Below, in pieces: positions 30,783 to 41,498 of a stretch of DNA of 64,000 bases. The notes under the pieces were generated by a model. The model was not told where the DNA came from and made no database searches. It saw only the letters and a list, made by a program, of their open reading frames with translations. Each line of letters opens with the position of its first letter. The first letter of the stretch is position 1. The translations under genes were made by a program, and so were the position numbers. This stretch comes from Endomicrobium sp. (GTDB taxonomy: Bacteria > Elusimicrobiota > Endomicrobiia > Endomicrobiales > Endomicrobiaceae). The stretch covers positions 48,891 through 112,890 of the forward strand of contig JAISEE010000019.1 in NCBI GenBank assembly GCA_031264325.1. The letters are read 5' to 3'.

Positions 30783-32205
30783 TAATAGTTGACGTAATAC
30801 TATCTCTCATTAATTCTAAATCTTTTAATGTTACTGGGCACACTGAAAACTGACCGTCTATAAACTTATTATTGATTATTTTTTCAACCATACCTTTTAT
30901 ACCTGCCATAGTAGGCTCTTCAATACTACGACACGCAGCCTCACAAGAATCTGCTAACATTATTATTGCAGCGATTTTTGTGCTCGGTTTTGGTCCTGGA
31001 TATCTGAAGCATTCCATGTTCATATATAATTCAGATTCCAAAGCTTTATGATAAAAAGCATGCATAACACTTGTGCCATGATGTTGTTTTATAATATTGA
31101 CGATTTCACTATCAATATTGTGTTTCTTAGCGAGAACAATCCCTTCTTTAACATGTGAAATTAAAATAAGTCGTGACATTTCAGGGTTCAAATTATCATG
31201 AGGGTTATAACCTGGTATTTGATTTTCTATAAAATACATAGAATTTTTAAGTTTGCCTATATCGTGATAATAAGATCCTACCCGTGCTAAAAGGGAATTT
31301 TCCCCAACAGAGTTTGCTACATGTTCTGCGATGTCTGCAGTCATAATTGAGTGATGATAAGTGCCAGAGGCTTCAAGCATAAGACGTTTAAGAAGAGGAT
31401 TATTAAAATCCGAAAGTTCGATCAATTTTATATTTGTTGTTCTTGAAAAAATCTTTTCAAGCAAAGGCATTAAAACTAACAAAATTATCACTGAAAAAAT
31501 CCCATTTAAAACTCCGTAAAAAAGATTACGTTTCAACTGAAAACTGTCATAAGCACCTATAAGATAAAACATCATAAGCAAAATAGAATTAACAATAACA
31601 ATTTTGACACCGATATTTATAAAGTCAGATCTTTTACGTATTGTATGCACATTTGCAACAACAAATATCGCACTACCAAGCATTGTAAAAAAAACGTCAA
31701 AACGTATATCGTTTAAAAATGTCGTATAAAAACTCAAACATATAGCATACACTCTACCTAACCTTGATGATAGCAACATTGCTGCCATAATTGAAAACGC
31801 AGAAACTGGAGAAACAAAAGGTGACAAATATTCTTTTGAAATCTGAAAAGTTAAAATAGCAATTATAAAGAGCAGGCATATTAAAACAACAGTGTCATTA
31901 TCCTCCAAAATATCTCTTTCTTTGTTTTTAATTTGAGACACAAGGAAAATAACAACAACAATCATAAATATTAAAACTGCAAACATTACTTTCGAGCATA
32001 CACCAACACTCATTACAAGCATGCCATAAACTGCTATTATTGTAAATAAAAATGAAACAAAAACTGGGATTTTTATCTCTTTTTGAAATAAATTTTTTGA
32101 CTCTCTTGTAATATGACTTTTTGGTTTAGAAGGCGTAAGATCTTTGGCAAGTTTCAAAAGAAAGTTTATTGCCCAAAGTCTTGTTTTATTAAATAAATTA
32201 TCCAT
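30748..32205 (-). CDS. 7TM-HD (HDIG) membrane phosphohydrolase, PgpH-like
   Basis: Multiple TM helices, then 'EASGTYHHS', 'YYHDIGK', 'YFIENQ', 'QHHGT', 'FRYPGPKP', 'LADSCEAA'. Confidence 0.9.
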   Translation of the reverse strand: MDNLFNKTRLWAINFLLKLAKDLTPSKPKSHITRESKNLFQKEIKIPVFVSFLFTIIAVYGMLVMSVGVCSKVMFAVLIFMIVVVIFLVSQIKNKERDILEDNDTVVLICLLFIIAILTFQISKEYLSPFVSPVSAFSIMAAMLLSSRLGRVYAICLSFYTTFLNDIRFDVFFTMLGSAIFVVANVHTIRKRSDFINIGVKIVIVNSILLMMFYLIGAYDSFQLKRNLFYGVLNGIFSVIILLVLMPLLEKIFSRTTNIKLIELSDFNNPLLKRLMLEASGTYHHSIMTADIAEHVANSVGENSLLARVGSYYHDIGKLKNSMYFIENQIPGYNPHDNLNPEMSRLILISHVKEGIVLAKKHNIDSEIVNIIKQHHGTSVMHAFYHKALESELYMNMECFRYPGPKPSTKIAAIIMLADSCEAACRSIEEPTMAGIKGMVEKIINNKFIDGQFSVCPVTLKDLELMRDSITSTIIGIYHARIEYK

Positions 32206-32250
32206 CTATTCCTCTATGTTGTTGCAAAAAAAAATCTAAACTTTGCTTTC

Positions 32251-34005
32251 TTAACCAACATCAATCCGCACATTTAGTTCTTTAAGTTGCTTTTCGCTCA
32301 CAGATGTCGGAGCGTTAAAAAGAGGATCCGATGCTTTTTGTGTCTTAGGAAATGCTATCACTTCTCTTATCGAATCTTCCCCTGCCATTAGTGCACATAT
32401 TCTGTCAAAACCTAAAGCCAAACCACCATGGGGAGGAGCGCCATAAGTCAATGCATCAAGCAAAAAACTAAACTTTTCTTTAGCAGATTCATCTGAAGTG
32501 CTTAAAATATCAAAAATTTCTTTTTGAACATCACTCCTATGTATTCTTATAGAACCTCCGCCTAACTCAATACCATTCAAAATAACATCGTAAGCTTTCG
32601 CTTTTGCAGTTCCAACATTTTTTTTATTTAGTGAAACTACGCCTTGGGGTGAAGTAAATGGATGGTGTAATGTCTGCCATCTCTCTTCTTCTTTATTCCA
32701 CTCCATAAGAGGAAAATCCACAACCCACAAAAAATTAAACTTAAACTTATCTATAAGATCAAGCTCTTTACCCATTTTAAGTCTTAATGCTCCGAGACAC
32801 TGAACAACAACTTTCTCTTCATCTGCAAGAAAAACAATTAAATCACCCAATTTTGCTCCAAATTTAGATTTAATTACTTTTATCTCTTCATCTTTAAAAT
32901 ATTTAATTATACCAGACTCAACACCGGATTCCATAATTTTCATCCATACTAGACCTTTAGCTCCATATTCAATGGCAAAATTTTTAAATCCGTCAATCTC
33001 TGAACGAGAAAAAGACGCACCTTCAGGAATACACAGTCCCCTTACTATGCCACCTTTAGATATAACAGATGAAAATACTTTAAAATCACACTCTTTAAAC
33101 TCAATTGAAAAGTCCTTTATTTCCATTTCAAATCTTGTATCAGGTTTATCGGAACCATAGCGAAGCATAGCATCTGCATAAGATATTCTTTCAAAAGGTA
33201 TTTTTATTTCAATATTCAATACATTTTTAAACACCCTTAAAAGCATTCTTTCAATAACATCCATCACATCATTTTCTTCAACAAAAGACATCTCAAGGTC
33301 TATTTGAGTAAATTCAAGCTGTCTGTCAGCACGCAAGTCTTCATCTCTAAAACATTTTACTATCTGATAATATTTATCAAAGCCTGAAATCATCAAAATC
33401 TGCTTAAAAAGCTGGGGGGATTGTGGCAACGCAAAAAAGCTACCATGGTGCAATCTTGAAGGCACCAGAAAATCCCTTGCGCCTTCAGGGGTAGATTTTG
33501 TTAAAAAAGGAGTCTCTATTTCCAAAAAACTTTCACTATTTAAAAAGACTCTTACTTCATTTGCAACTTTATGACGCATTATAAAATTTTTCTGAAAACT
33601 AGGACGACGTAAATCTAAATATCTATATTTTAATCTCAATTCCTCTGAAATTTCCCTATAATTCGATACTTCGAAAGGAAGTCCAGGACATGTATTTAAA
33701 ATTTCAACTTTAGACACTACAAGTTCGATGGACCCCGTAAGTAGATTAGGGTTTAACGTTCCTTTAGGTCGTTTTCTTACTAACCCTTTAACGGACACTA
33801 CATATTCACTTCTTAACCTTTCGGCTATTTTAAATGTTTCCTTATTTTCAGGCTGAAAAACAATTTGCAACAATCCTTCTCTGTCTCTTAAATCAATAAA
33901 AATCACACCACCGTGATCTCTGCGAGAATGCACCCAACCACAAATAACAATGTCCTTATCAATACTATCTTCTCTAACATTTCCGCAATAACTACTTCTC
34001 TTCAT
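32251..34005 (-). CDS. aspS: Aspartyl-tRNA synthetase
   Basis: RRDHGGVIFIDLRD, LKYRYLDLRR, PQSPQLFKQ, FRDEDLRADRQ, PPHGG. Confidence 0.98.
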   Translation of the reverse strand: MKRSSYCGNVREDSIDKDIVICGWVHSRRDHGGVIFIDLRDREGLLQIVFQPENKETFKIAERLRSEYVVSVKGLVRKRPKGTLNPNLLTGSIELVVSKVEILNTCPGLPFEVSNYREISEELRLKYRYLDLRRPSFQKNFIMRHKVANEVRVFLNSESFLEIETPFLTKSTPEGARDFLVPSRLHHGSFFALPQSPQLFKQILMISGFDKYYQIVKCFRDEDLRADRQLEFTQIDLEMSFVEENDVMDVIERMLLRVFKNVLNIEIKIPFERISYADAMLRYGSDKPDTRFEMEIKDFSIEFKECDFKVFSSVISKGGIVRGLCIPEGASFSRSEIDGFKNFAIEYGAKGLVWMKIMESGVESGIIKYFKDEEIKVIKSKFGAKLGDLIVFLADEEKVVVQCLGALRLKMGKELDLIDKFKFNFLWVVDFPLMEWNKEEERWQTLHHPFTSPQGVVSLNKKNVGTAKAKAYDVILNGIELGGGSIRIHRSDVQKEIFDILSTSDESAKEKFSFLLDALTYGAPPHGGLALGFDRICALMAGEDSIREVIAFPKTQKASDPLFNAPTSVSEKQLKELNVRIDVG

Positions 34006-34846
34006 AGTAAAAACCTCTTTTTAAAACGCCCTAACGCCTTAATATTATACAACTATGTACTAAAGAACACACTCTTCTCACTACAAAACTATAGAACTCT
34101 ATCTATAATTTCTTGTAAAGTAAAAATACAACTTTTTATAAATTAATAAAATACAGCAATGATATAATTAATTTTTAAATCCTTTATTTTTACATCTTAT
34201 ATCTATTCTAAAGTACTTTTAAAGTTTACTATTTTTGCTCAACAAACTCATCTTCGCCAGGATTAAAACTACCTTTTAACTCAAAAAAACCGAAAAATAC
34301 ACAACTCGTTGAAAAGTACCACAACAGTGGGGATAGCAAAGATAATAAAAATTCGATCTTTTAGCTATATATCCTGTTTTTTCTTTTAGTTTTTTTACTG
34401 TATATTTAATAAAAATTTCTTCAGTATCAATTTTATATGGAATATTATAAGTTACTTTATCTATTCTATAATATAATCTATAATTGTCTAACTAAAGCTA
34501 TATTTTCTTTACCAACAAACGAGGAAAAATTGCCAGCTACTTCAGGAATAATTTATATACTCCATTGCGACAGAGTTGGTCGTTTGAAAGATGTGTACTT
34601 CATTGCAAAAAAATTCCACAAACTTTTCTTTGTTTTGTATATCGACTTTTTATTCAAAATCTTTTCAATAAAATCTTTACCAAAGGTATTATTTTATCAA
34701 TTTTATATTAAAACAAAAAAAATAACTGTTTATGTCTGTGAACACATATAGATAAGATAAAAAAATAATATGTTTTATGGGTAAAATAAAACAACAAAAA
34801 TAGCATTATAATAATAACATCTTCTTTAATCACATTATGTTGTATT

Positions 34847-36616
34847 TTATACTCCCAATTTTTCTTTAAGTTCTTTTAAGTGATCCATTAAATCTTTAGG
34901 AATTTTATTGCCAAATTTTTTATAAAATTCTTCTATCATTATAACTTCCTTCTTCCAGTCTTCTTTATCTACATTAAGAAGTTTGTCCATAATTTTTTTC
35001 TTTATACTCAAGCCACTTAAATCTATTGCACCTTCTTGAGGAAACAATCCTATCTCAGACTCTCTTGCACCTGTTTTACCTTCAATTCTATCTATCATCC
35101 ACTTTATAACTCTAGAGTTTTCTCTATACCCAGGCCACATAAAATTACCATCGTCATCTTTTCTAAACCAGTTAACCATAAATACCTTAGGAAGCTTTTT
35201 TGTTTTCTTACCAATATTTAACCAATGTTGAAAATAATCACCCATATTGTATCCACAAAAAGGAAGCATAGCCATAGGATCTCTTCTGACTGTTCCAACT
35301 TGACCACTTGCAGCAGCAGTAGTTTCAGAACCTATTATTGACGCAGTAAATACCCCACTGTTCCAATCTTTTGCTTCATATACCAACGGAATTGTATCTT
35401 TTCTGCGCCCTCCAAAAATAATTCCTGAAATCGGCACGCCTTTAGGATTATCATATTCTGGTGAAAGTGTTGGGCAATTATAAATTGAAACAGTAAACCT
35501 TGAATTTGGGTGTGCAGCTGGCTTTCCTGAATTTTTATCATACTTTTGCCCCTGCCAATCTATCAAATTAAAAGAAACTTCATCGCTGATTCCTTCCCAC
35601 CAAGGTGTATTGTTGGAATTATCTACAGCTGTGTTTGTAAAAAGTGTTGGGAAAAACTTATCATTTTTAAGAGTTTCCATCATGATCGGGTTTGTCTTAT
35701 AACCTGTTCCAGGAGCAACGCCAAAAAAACCTGCTTCGGGATTAATAGCGTAAAGCCGACCATCTTCACCTATGTTAATCCACGCTATATCATCACCCAA
35801 AGTCCAAACTTTATATCCTTTAAGCACAGGGTCTAACATTGCAAGATTGGTCTTTCCGCAAGCTGATGGAAACGCACCAAGAAAATATGTTATTTTGCGA
35901 TTAGGTGCTTCAACGCCTATAATAATCATATGTTCTGCAAGCCAGCCTTCTTGATAACCCAAATATGAACCTATTCTTAACGAATAGCATTTTTTACCAA
36001 GAAGGGCGTTCCCGCCATACCCTGAACCAAAACTCATAACAAGATTATCTTGAGGAAAATGCATTATGAATCTTCTATCAGGATTAACATCACCTATAGA
36101 ATGAATACCCCTGAAAAAATCAGAAGAATTTCCTATTCTTTCTATCGCTTGCTTGCCTACTCTAGACATAATTCTCATGCTCAAAGCCACATATACAGAA
36201 TCTGTTATTTGAACACAGTTTTTAGCATATTTTGATTTTGGCATACCCATAACAAAAGGAATGACATACATTATTCTTCCCTTCATCGCGCCTTTAAAAA
36301 GACTTCTCATCTTTTCTTTAGCCTCTTTAGGATCTAACCAATTATTATTAGGCCCTGCTTGATCTTTTACCGGCACGCAAACAAATGTTAAATGCTCTGT
36401 ACGAGCTACATCATTAGTGTTTGAACGATGATAATAAGAATTGGGATACTCTTGTCCGTTTAACTTCTTTAGAACGACTCTCCCATCAATATCGGACTTT
36501 TGAGCAACTTCTGTCAACCTTTCAGCTTCTTCTTGAGATCCGTCCATAATATAAACTTTATCAGGACAAAAAAAATCCTGCATTTCTTTTACAAATACAT
36601 CAAATGATGTCGACAT
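34847..36616 (-). CDS. pckG: GTP-dependent PEP carboxykinase
   Basis: GSGYGGNALLGKKC, WLAEHM, AFPSACGKTNLAM, GDDIAW, AHPNSRF, DPMAMLPF. Confidence 0.97.
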   Translation of the reverse strand: MSTSFDVFVKEMQDFFCPDKVYIMDGSQEEAERLTEVAQKSDIDGRVVLKKLNGQEYPNSYYHRSNTNDVARTEHLTFVCVPVKDQAGPNNNWLDPKEAKEKMRSLFKGAMKGRIMYVIPFVMGMPKSKYAKNCVQITDSVYVALSMRIMSRVGKQAIERIGNSSDFFRGIHSIGDVNPDRRFIMHFPQDNLVMSFGSGYGGNALLGKKCYSLRIGSYLGYQEGWLAEHMIIIGVEAPNRKITYFLGAFPSACGKTNLAMLDPVLKGYKVWTLGDDIAWINIGEDGRLYAINPEAGFFGVAPGTGYKTNPIMMETLKNDKFFPTLFTNTAVDNSNNTPWWEGISDEVSFNLIDWQGQKYDKNSGKPAAHPNSRFTVSIYNCPTLSPEYDNPKGVPISGIIFGGRRKDTIPLVYEAKDWNSGVFTASIIGSETTAAASGQVGTVRRDPMAMLPFCGYNMGDYFQHWLNIGKKTKKLPKVFMVNWFRKDDDGNFMWPGYRENSRVIKWMIDRIEGKTGARESEIGLFPQEGAIDLSGLSIKKKIMDKLLNVDKEDWKKEVIMIEEFYKKFGNKIPKDLMDHLKELKEKLGV

Positions 36617-36769
36617 TTTATTACTCCTTATTAAAACTTAGAATCTTATTTTTGAACAAACAGCATCTGACAAGAAACACGGTAAGAAAAAATTTATCTA
36701 CCTTAGTATTTTTTATATTAAATTGCTACTAACTAAAAGACTAAATCTAAAATCATTTTACTTCTTTCT

Positions 36770-37255
36770 CTAAAAAGTAATCTTCTTAGTCGGATATTCA
36801 AATTTAATTATTTCCTCAGGCTTAAACCACAGTTTAATTTCTCTTTCAGCTTCAAAAGGATCTGAAGAGCAATGGATAACATTTTCATATACACCTTTTG
36901 TGGTTATTCTTCCATAAGCTCCTCGTATTGATACAGAATCTGCTTCTTCAGGATTTGTTGCTCCAGCTATTTTTCTCATTCTTGCGATAGCGCCATCGCC
37001 TTGATATACAAAAGCCAAAACTCTATTCCAAGGCTCGCCATAAACTTTACCCTGTATATAGTCAATCAGTTCTCCAAAAAAAGGCTTGTTTTTAAGCTGA
37101 TAATAATGCTGTTCTGCCAACTCTTTACTCACCTTAACGACTTTTGCACCTATTATAAGCATTCTGGCTTCAGAGAGTTTAGTTAAAATATTTCCTGTTA
37201 AAGATTTTTTTATTCCGTCTGGTTTAATCAAAATTAAAAGTTGTTCAGTTGGCAT
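36770..37255 (-). CDS. ndk: Nucleoside diphosphate kinase
   Basis: IKPDG, GATNP, SIRG, NVIHCSS, EREIKLWF. Confidence 0.95.
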   Translation of the reverse strand: MPTEQLLILIKPDGIKKSLTGNILTKLSEARMLIIGAKVVKVSKELAEQHYYQLKNKPFFGELIDYIQGKVYGEPWNRVLAFVYQGDGAIARMRKIAGATNPEEADSVSIRGAYGRITTKGVYENVIHCSSDPFEAEREIKLWFKPEEIIKFEYPTKKITF

Positions 37256-37267
37256 TTCATATTTCCC

Positions 37268-38047
37268 TTATGTCTTTTTTTTATAAATACTGTAATATTT
37301 TACTCCAATACCAACCAATCCTGAAAAAACGTATAAACTAAACAGTATAAAAATTATATTTTGTGGAAATGTAATCATTAAAAATAAAAGCAATACAACT
37401 AAAACCAAAAGTCTGAAAGTTTTAGGTTTAGACAAATTCATCTTTTTGAAAGAATAATAAGGTATACTTGAAACCATTAGTAAAGACAAAATCACCATTA
37501 TAACAGGCATTGTCTTAAAAAAAAGAGGCATACTTTTCATTAAAATTGGAATTGTTTTAAAAGACAAAGACTGACCATGATCTGCAAAAAGTTCGTAGCT
37601 TAAAACAAAAGACAACAACAATCCTGCCGATGCAGGCGTAGGAAGCCCCATAAATGAGCTATACACTACACCATCTTGAGCATGAACATTAAATTTTGCA
37701 AGCCTTAATACACTACACAAAACAAATAATATAGCTATAGCCATGCCGATTTTCCCCATTGAACTTAAAACAAGCTGATACATCATAATAGACGGGGCAA
37801 TCCCAAATGAAATTAAATCACTTAAAGAATCTAGTTGAATACCAAACCTGCTCGTTGCTTTTGTAAGTCTTGCAACCCTTCCATCAATCATATCAAATGT
37901 TGCAGCAAGTGCAAGAAACCACGCTGATTTTGTAAAATCGCCATCTATAGACAATAATATCGACAAACAGCCACAACTCATATTTCCACATGTCAAAAGA
38001 CTCGGCAACATGTAGATACCTTTCTTTACTTTCTCGCTCATTATCAA
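37268..38047 (-). CDS. pssA: CDP-diacylglycerol-serine O-phosphatidyltransferase
   Basis: DMIDGRVAR...FGIQLDSLSD.ISFG, RLAKFN, FMGLPTPA. Confidence 0.95.
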   Translation of the reverse strand: MIMSEKVKKGIYMLPSLLTCGNMSCGCLSILLSIDGDFTKSAWFLALAATFDMIDGRVARLTKATSRFGIQLDSLSDLISFGIAPSIMMYQLVLSSMGKIGMAIAILFVLCSVLRLAKFNVHAQDGVVYSSFMGLPTPASAGLLLSFVLSYELFADHGQSLSFKTIPILMKSMPLFFKTMPVIMVILSLLMVSSIPYYSFKKMNLSKPKTFRLLVLVVLLLFLMITFPQNIIFILFSLYVFSGLVGIGVKYYSIYKKKT

Positions 38048-38673
38048 CTTCCTTTATTTATGCTTGCAAAAATAGTTACGCCAGACACAACTTTATTACC
38101 TTTTTCTACTTTAACTTCAACATTTTTTGGCATATGCAGATCAACCTGAGACCCAAGTTTTATTACACCAATCTTATCACCTAACTTCAAAATATCTCCA
38201 GACTTTACCCAAGAAACACAACGATTTGCAAAAATACCGGCTATCTGCTTAACCAAATATTTTCCATTTTCGTTTTCTATTGTTATTACATTTTGTTCGT
38301 TTACTATATGAGCTTCAGGCTTCATAGCTTTCAAAAACTTGCCGGGTTTATGCTCAACGCTTAAAACTTTACCTGAAACAGGGGATCGTTGCAAATGGAC
38401 ATCTAATACAGCTAAAAATACCCTGATAACTTTTTCCGTTTCATTTTCGCTTACTTCCAAAACAGTGCCATTGCATGGAGAAAGAATAAGATTTTTCCCT
38501 TGAGTTACCTTTATCTTTGGATCTCTAAAAAAGTAGATGAAAAACAAAGAGCCTAAAATACACAAAACACCTATGGAGGACAAAAATTTATCAAAACCAG
38601 AAACAACCAACACTATTCCCAAAATAAGAGGAACTAAAATAAATGGATAACCTTCTTTCACAATTTGCATCAT
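38044..38673 (-). CDS. psd: Phosphatidylserine decarboxylase proenzyme
   Basis: FFRDP, DVH.QRSP, QIAG, KLGSQVD cleavage motif; adjacent to pssA. Confidence 0.92.
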   Translation of the reverse strand: MMQIVKEGYPFILVPLILGIVLVVSGFDKFLSSIGVLCILGSLFFIYFFRDPKIKVTQGKNLILSPCNGTVLEVSENETEKVIRVFLAVLDVHLQRSPVSGKVLSVEHKPGKFLKAMKPEAHIVNEQNVITIENENGKYLVKQIAGIFANRCVSWVKSGDILKLGDKIGVIKLGSQVDLHMPKNVEVKVEKGNKVVSGVTIFASINKGS

Positions 38674-38804
38674 TACCCTTCCCTTTAAGCATAAAATCTT
38701 CCAAACTTCGTTTGGATTCTATCAAATACACCAAATTATGTCAAAACTAACGCAAAAAAATCTACTAAATCTACTATAAAGTGAATAATAATGAATAATA
38801 TTAT

Positions 38805-39891
38805 TTATATTTTACTTTCCAACTTACAAGACAGGTACTCCCCAATGAAAGCATCTATTTCGCCGTTCATTACAGCGTTGATTTGTGATGTCTCATAACC
38901 TGTCCTGTGGTCTTTGACAAGCTGATAAGGCATAAATACATATGAACGTATCTGGCTACCCCACTCTATAGAACCTTTTTCATTATAATGCTTCTCATAA
39001 GAAGCTCTCTTCTTTTCTTGTTCAAATTCGTAAAGCTTAGCTTTTAAGAGCTTCATAGCTGTTGCCCTATTTTTTATTTGCGAACGATCGTTTTGCGACT
39101 GAACTATTATTCCCGTAGGCAAATGGGTTATTCTTACGGCAGAATCTGTTTTGTTTACATGCTGTCCACCAGCCCCTGAGGCTCTATATGTGTCTATTCT
39201 TATATTTTTACTTTCAATTGCTATATTTATATTATCTTTAATTTCAGGTATAACGTCAACAGAACTAAAAGATGTATGTCTTCTCTTGTTTGAGTCAAAC
39301 GGGGAAACTCTTACAAGTCTGTGGACTCCTACTTCAGACTGTAAAAAACCGTAAGCGTATTCACCACTTATTATCATGGTGATGCTTTTAACTCCTGTTT
39401 CATCACCATTTAAACTATCAACTACTTCAACCTCAAAACCTTTGTTTTCAACCCATCTTAAATACATTCTTGCAAGCATTTGCGCCCAATCGCAAGACTC
39501 GGTGCCGCCTGCACCTGCATGTATAGACATTATAGCGTTGTTTCTGTCGTGTTCACCAGCCAATTTTGTTTTTGCTTCAAAAAAAAATAACATTTTCTCT
39601 AATTTCCTACTTTCATATTCTGTCTCTTTTAATTCAGCTTCATTATTTTCAAACTCAGCAAGATCTTTTAAGTCAATTAAATATTTAACCTGCAAATACA
39701 TATTTTGCCATAAATTACACAAATTCTTTAAATCATCAAACTCAAACATTATTCTTTTTGCATTGTTCTGGTCGTTCCAGAAGCTTGAACATAACATTTC
39801 TTTTTCAAGTTCTTTGATCCTGTTCAGTTTTGAATCTAAATCAAAGGGACCTCCTCAAAGCTTCTATTCTTTCTTTTTGTTTTTGAAGCAT
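38805..39891 (-). CDS. prfB: Peptide chain release factor 2 with programmed +1 frameshift
   Basis: ATG 39891 gives MLQKQKERIEALRRSL, then CTT TGA; the +1 frame continues DLDSKLNRIKELEKEMLC...; SPF and GGQ motifs present. Confidence 0.95.
39841..39855 (-). promoter_or_regulatory. RF2 autoregulatory frameshift site AGGAGG-TCC-CTT-TGA
   Basis: Internal Shine-Dalgarno 3 nt before CTT TGA, the canonical prfB layout. Confidence 0.93.
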
Positions 39892-39914
39892 TTTAAGCCT
39901 CCTCTTTATATTTA

Positions 39915-41215
39915 TATGTTTATTAAACTTATACCAGTCAAACAAAATCTTAACTTATTAATCACGCCGCCTTTTAAGCCATAAACACTACCAAACTAAC
40001 AAAAGACAATGCTACAGATCCCTACAAAACACCACCATGGCTTAGTGTAAAAAGTTTTAAAATCGCTTCAAAAACATCCCATTAATAATTTTTTTGATAC
40101 TTTAGTTTATTCAGTAATTATTCCTAAAAATTCAATAATATCGAACTAAAAATGATAAAAATTTGTCAAAACTAAAACAAACTTTCTGTTTCAACTGTCC
40201 TAAATACATTCATCACGAAATGTTAATTATAGAACTACAATGTCAAAAATCATACATTATTTGTGTGGTTTGTAAAAATTTTCGTTTTGCTTAAGACAAA
40301 TCTCCTTGCTATATCTGAAAAAACTTTCAGGCGTATAGCGGGGGTAACACCCCAGTTCGCCATTGTTAAAGATGTTTACATCACTACACCTGTAGTTGTA
40401 AAACAATCAGAATATGTTAAAACCTCCAGCAGAAATCGCTAATTCTTTTACAAAATTATACACACACTGTCATTTTCTGAAACTATACCCAACAAGACAG
40501 TTTTTAACCATAAAACTAAATCTGCTCAATGGGTCCCGGTTACAATATTGAAACTTTATACTCTTTATCGCCAAGCAGTCTGAATTTGTATGTTCTGTAC
40601 GTTCCATAATGTCCCAAATAATGTAAACAAAGCTATAAACATTAAAGCCGTATACAAATATTTCTTCTTAATTTTTATCAATAATTAATATAAAAATAAA
40701 AACATATATTGCAAAACAATATTTAAGAAAGAAGCACTGTATACTCCAACAAACTGCACTATTTGTATAATTTCAGTAAATTGATATTGCGAATATCGCA
40801 ATATCATATCAACATCCATAGAAATCCTGTAAAATATATGTTCTTATATATTATATTCGAGCAAAAAACCCAAAGGCAAGAGCCAAAAATAACTACAAAA
40901 AAATCTGATAGTTTATCTTTTTTGAAAAGAAATATACTTTTGTAACGCAAAATTTCAAAACTCCAAATAAAGTACAAGGTAGACCTAAAAAATACGCAAC
41001 TTATGTCACCTAATACAAACATCAGCACAAGCCAATAAAGTCCAAATGTAAATGTAATATAATATTAAAACGAATCCTGACTAAGAGTCTGTATAAAAAA
41101 AACTAATAGCATTTATTCTATTTGCTTTTGTAGTAATTAGAACAAATGCTATCCACGTTAGGAAAAACAAATTAAACCTATAGAAGACACAGAGCATAAT
41201 ATAAGCTTTTTATAG
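39915..41215 (-). pseudogene. lnt: Apolipoprotein N-acyltransferase remnant
   Basis: 'LFFLTWIAFVL' N-terminus, degenerate QGNI- and WPE-like segments, 'PAI..ES.F.DIARRFV' near the ICYE motif; lnt-prfB synteny; many stops. Confidence 0.65.
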
Positions 41216-41498
41216 TTTAATAATTCCTTATTTTCTAGAGGCAACCTCATTTTCAATTTATTTTGCTTATATATTTTATATTCATTAACTATATTTATAT
41301 TTAAATATAGTTAAATACTACATATTACACAACACATGACTACCAAATGAACTATTTGAGTAGATAATTATAAACAAATCTAATTTATCACAAACCTATA
41401 ACTATATGACAAAATAATTTTTATATAATCCTGCTTACTGCTTGCAAAAAAAATACACTAATTTAAACAATTAAAATCTTTGTCTAATATATTTTTTT

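Noticed and set aside
34150-34800. ORF 34437-34751 and surrounding spacer
   Set aside because: No motif or RBS; probably another eroded gene that I cannot identify
38690-38800. Possible yraN remnant ('SFDII') between prfB and psd
   Set aside because: Only ~100 bp and one weak motif; not supportable
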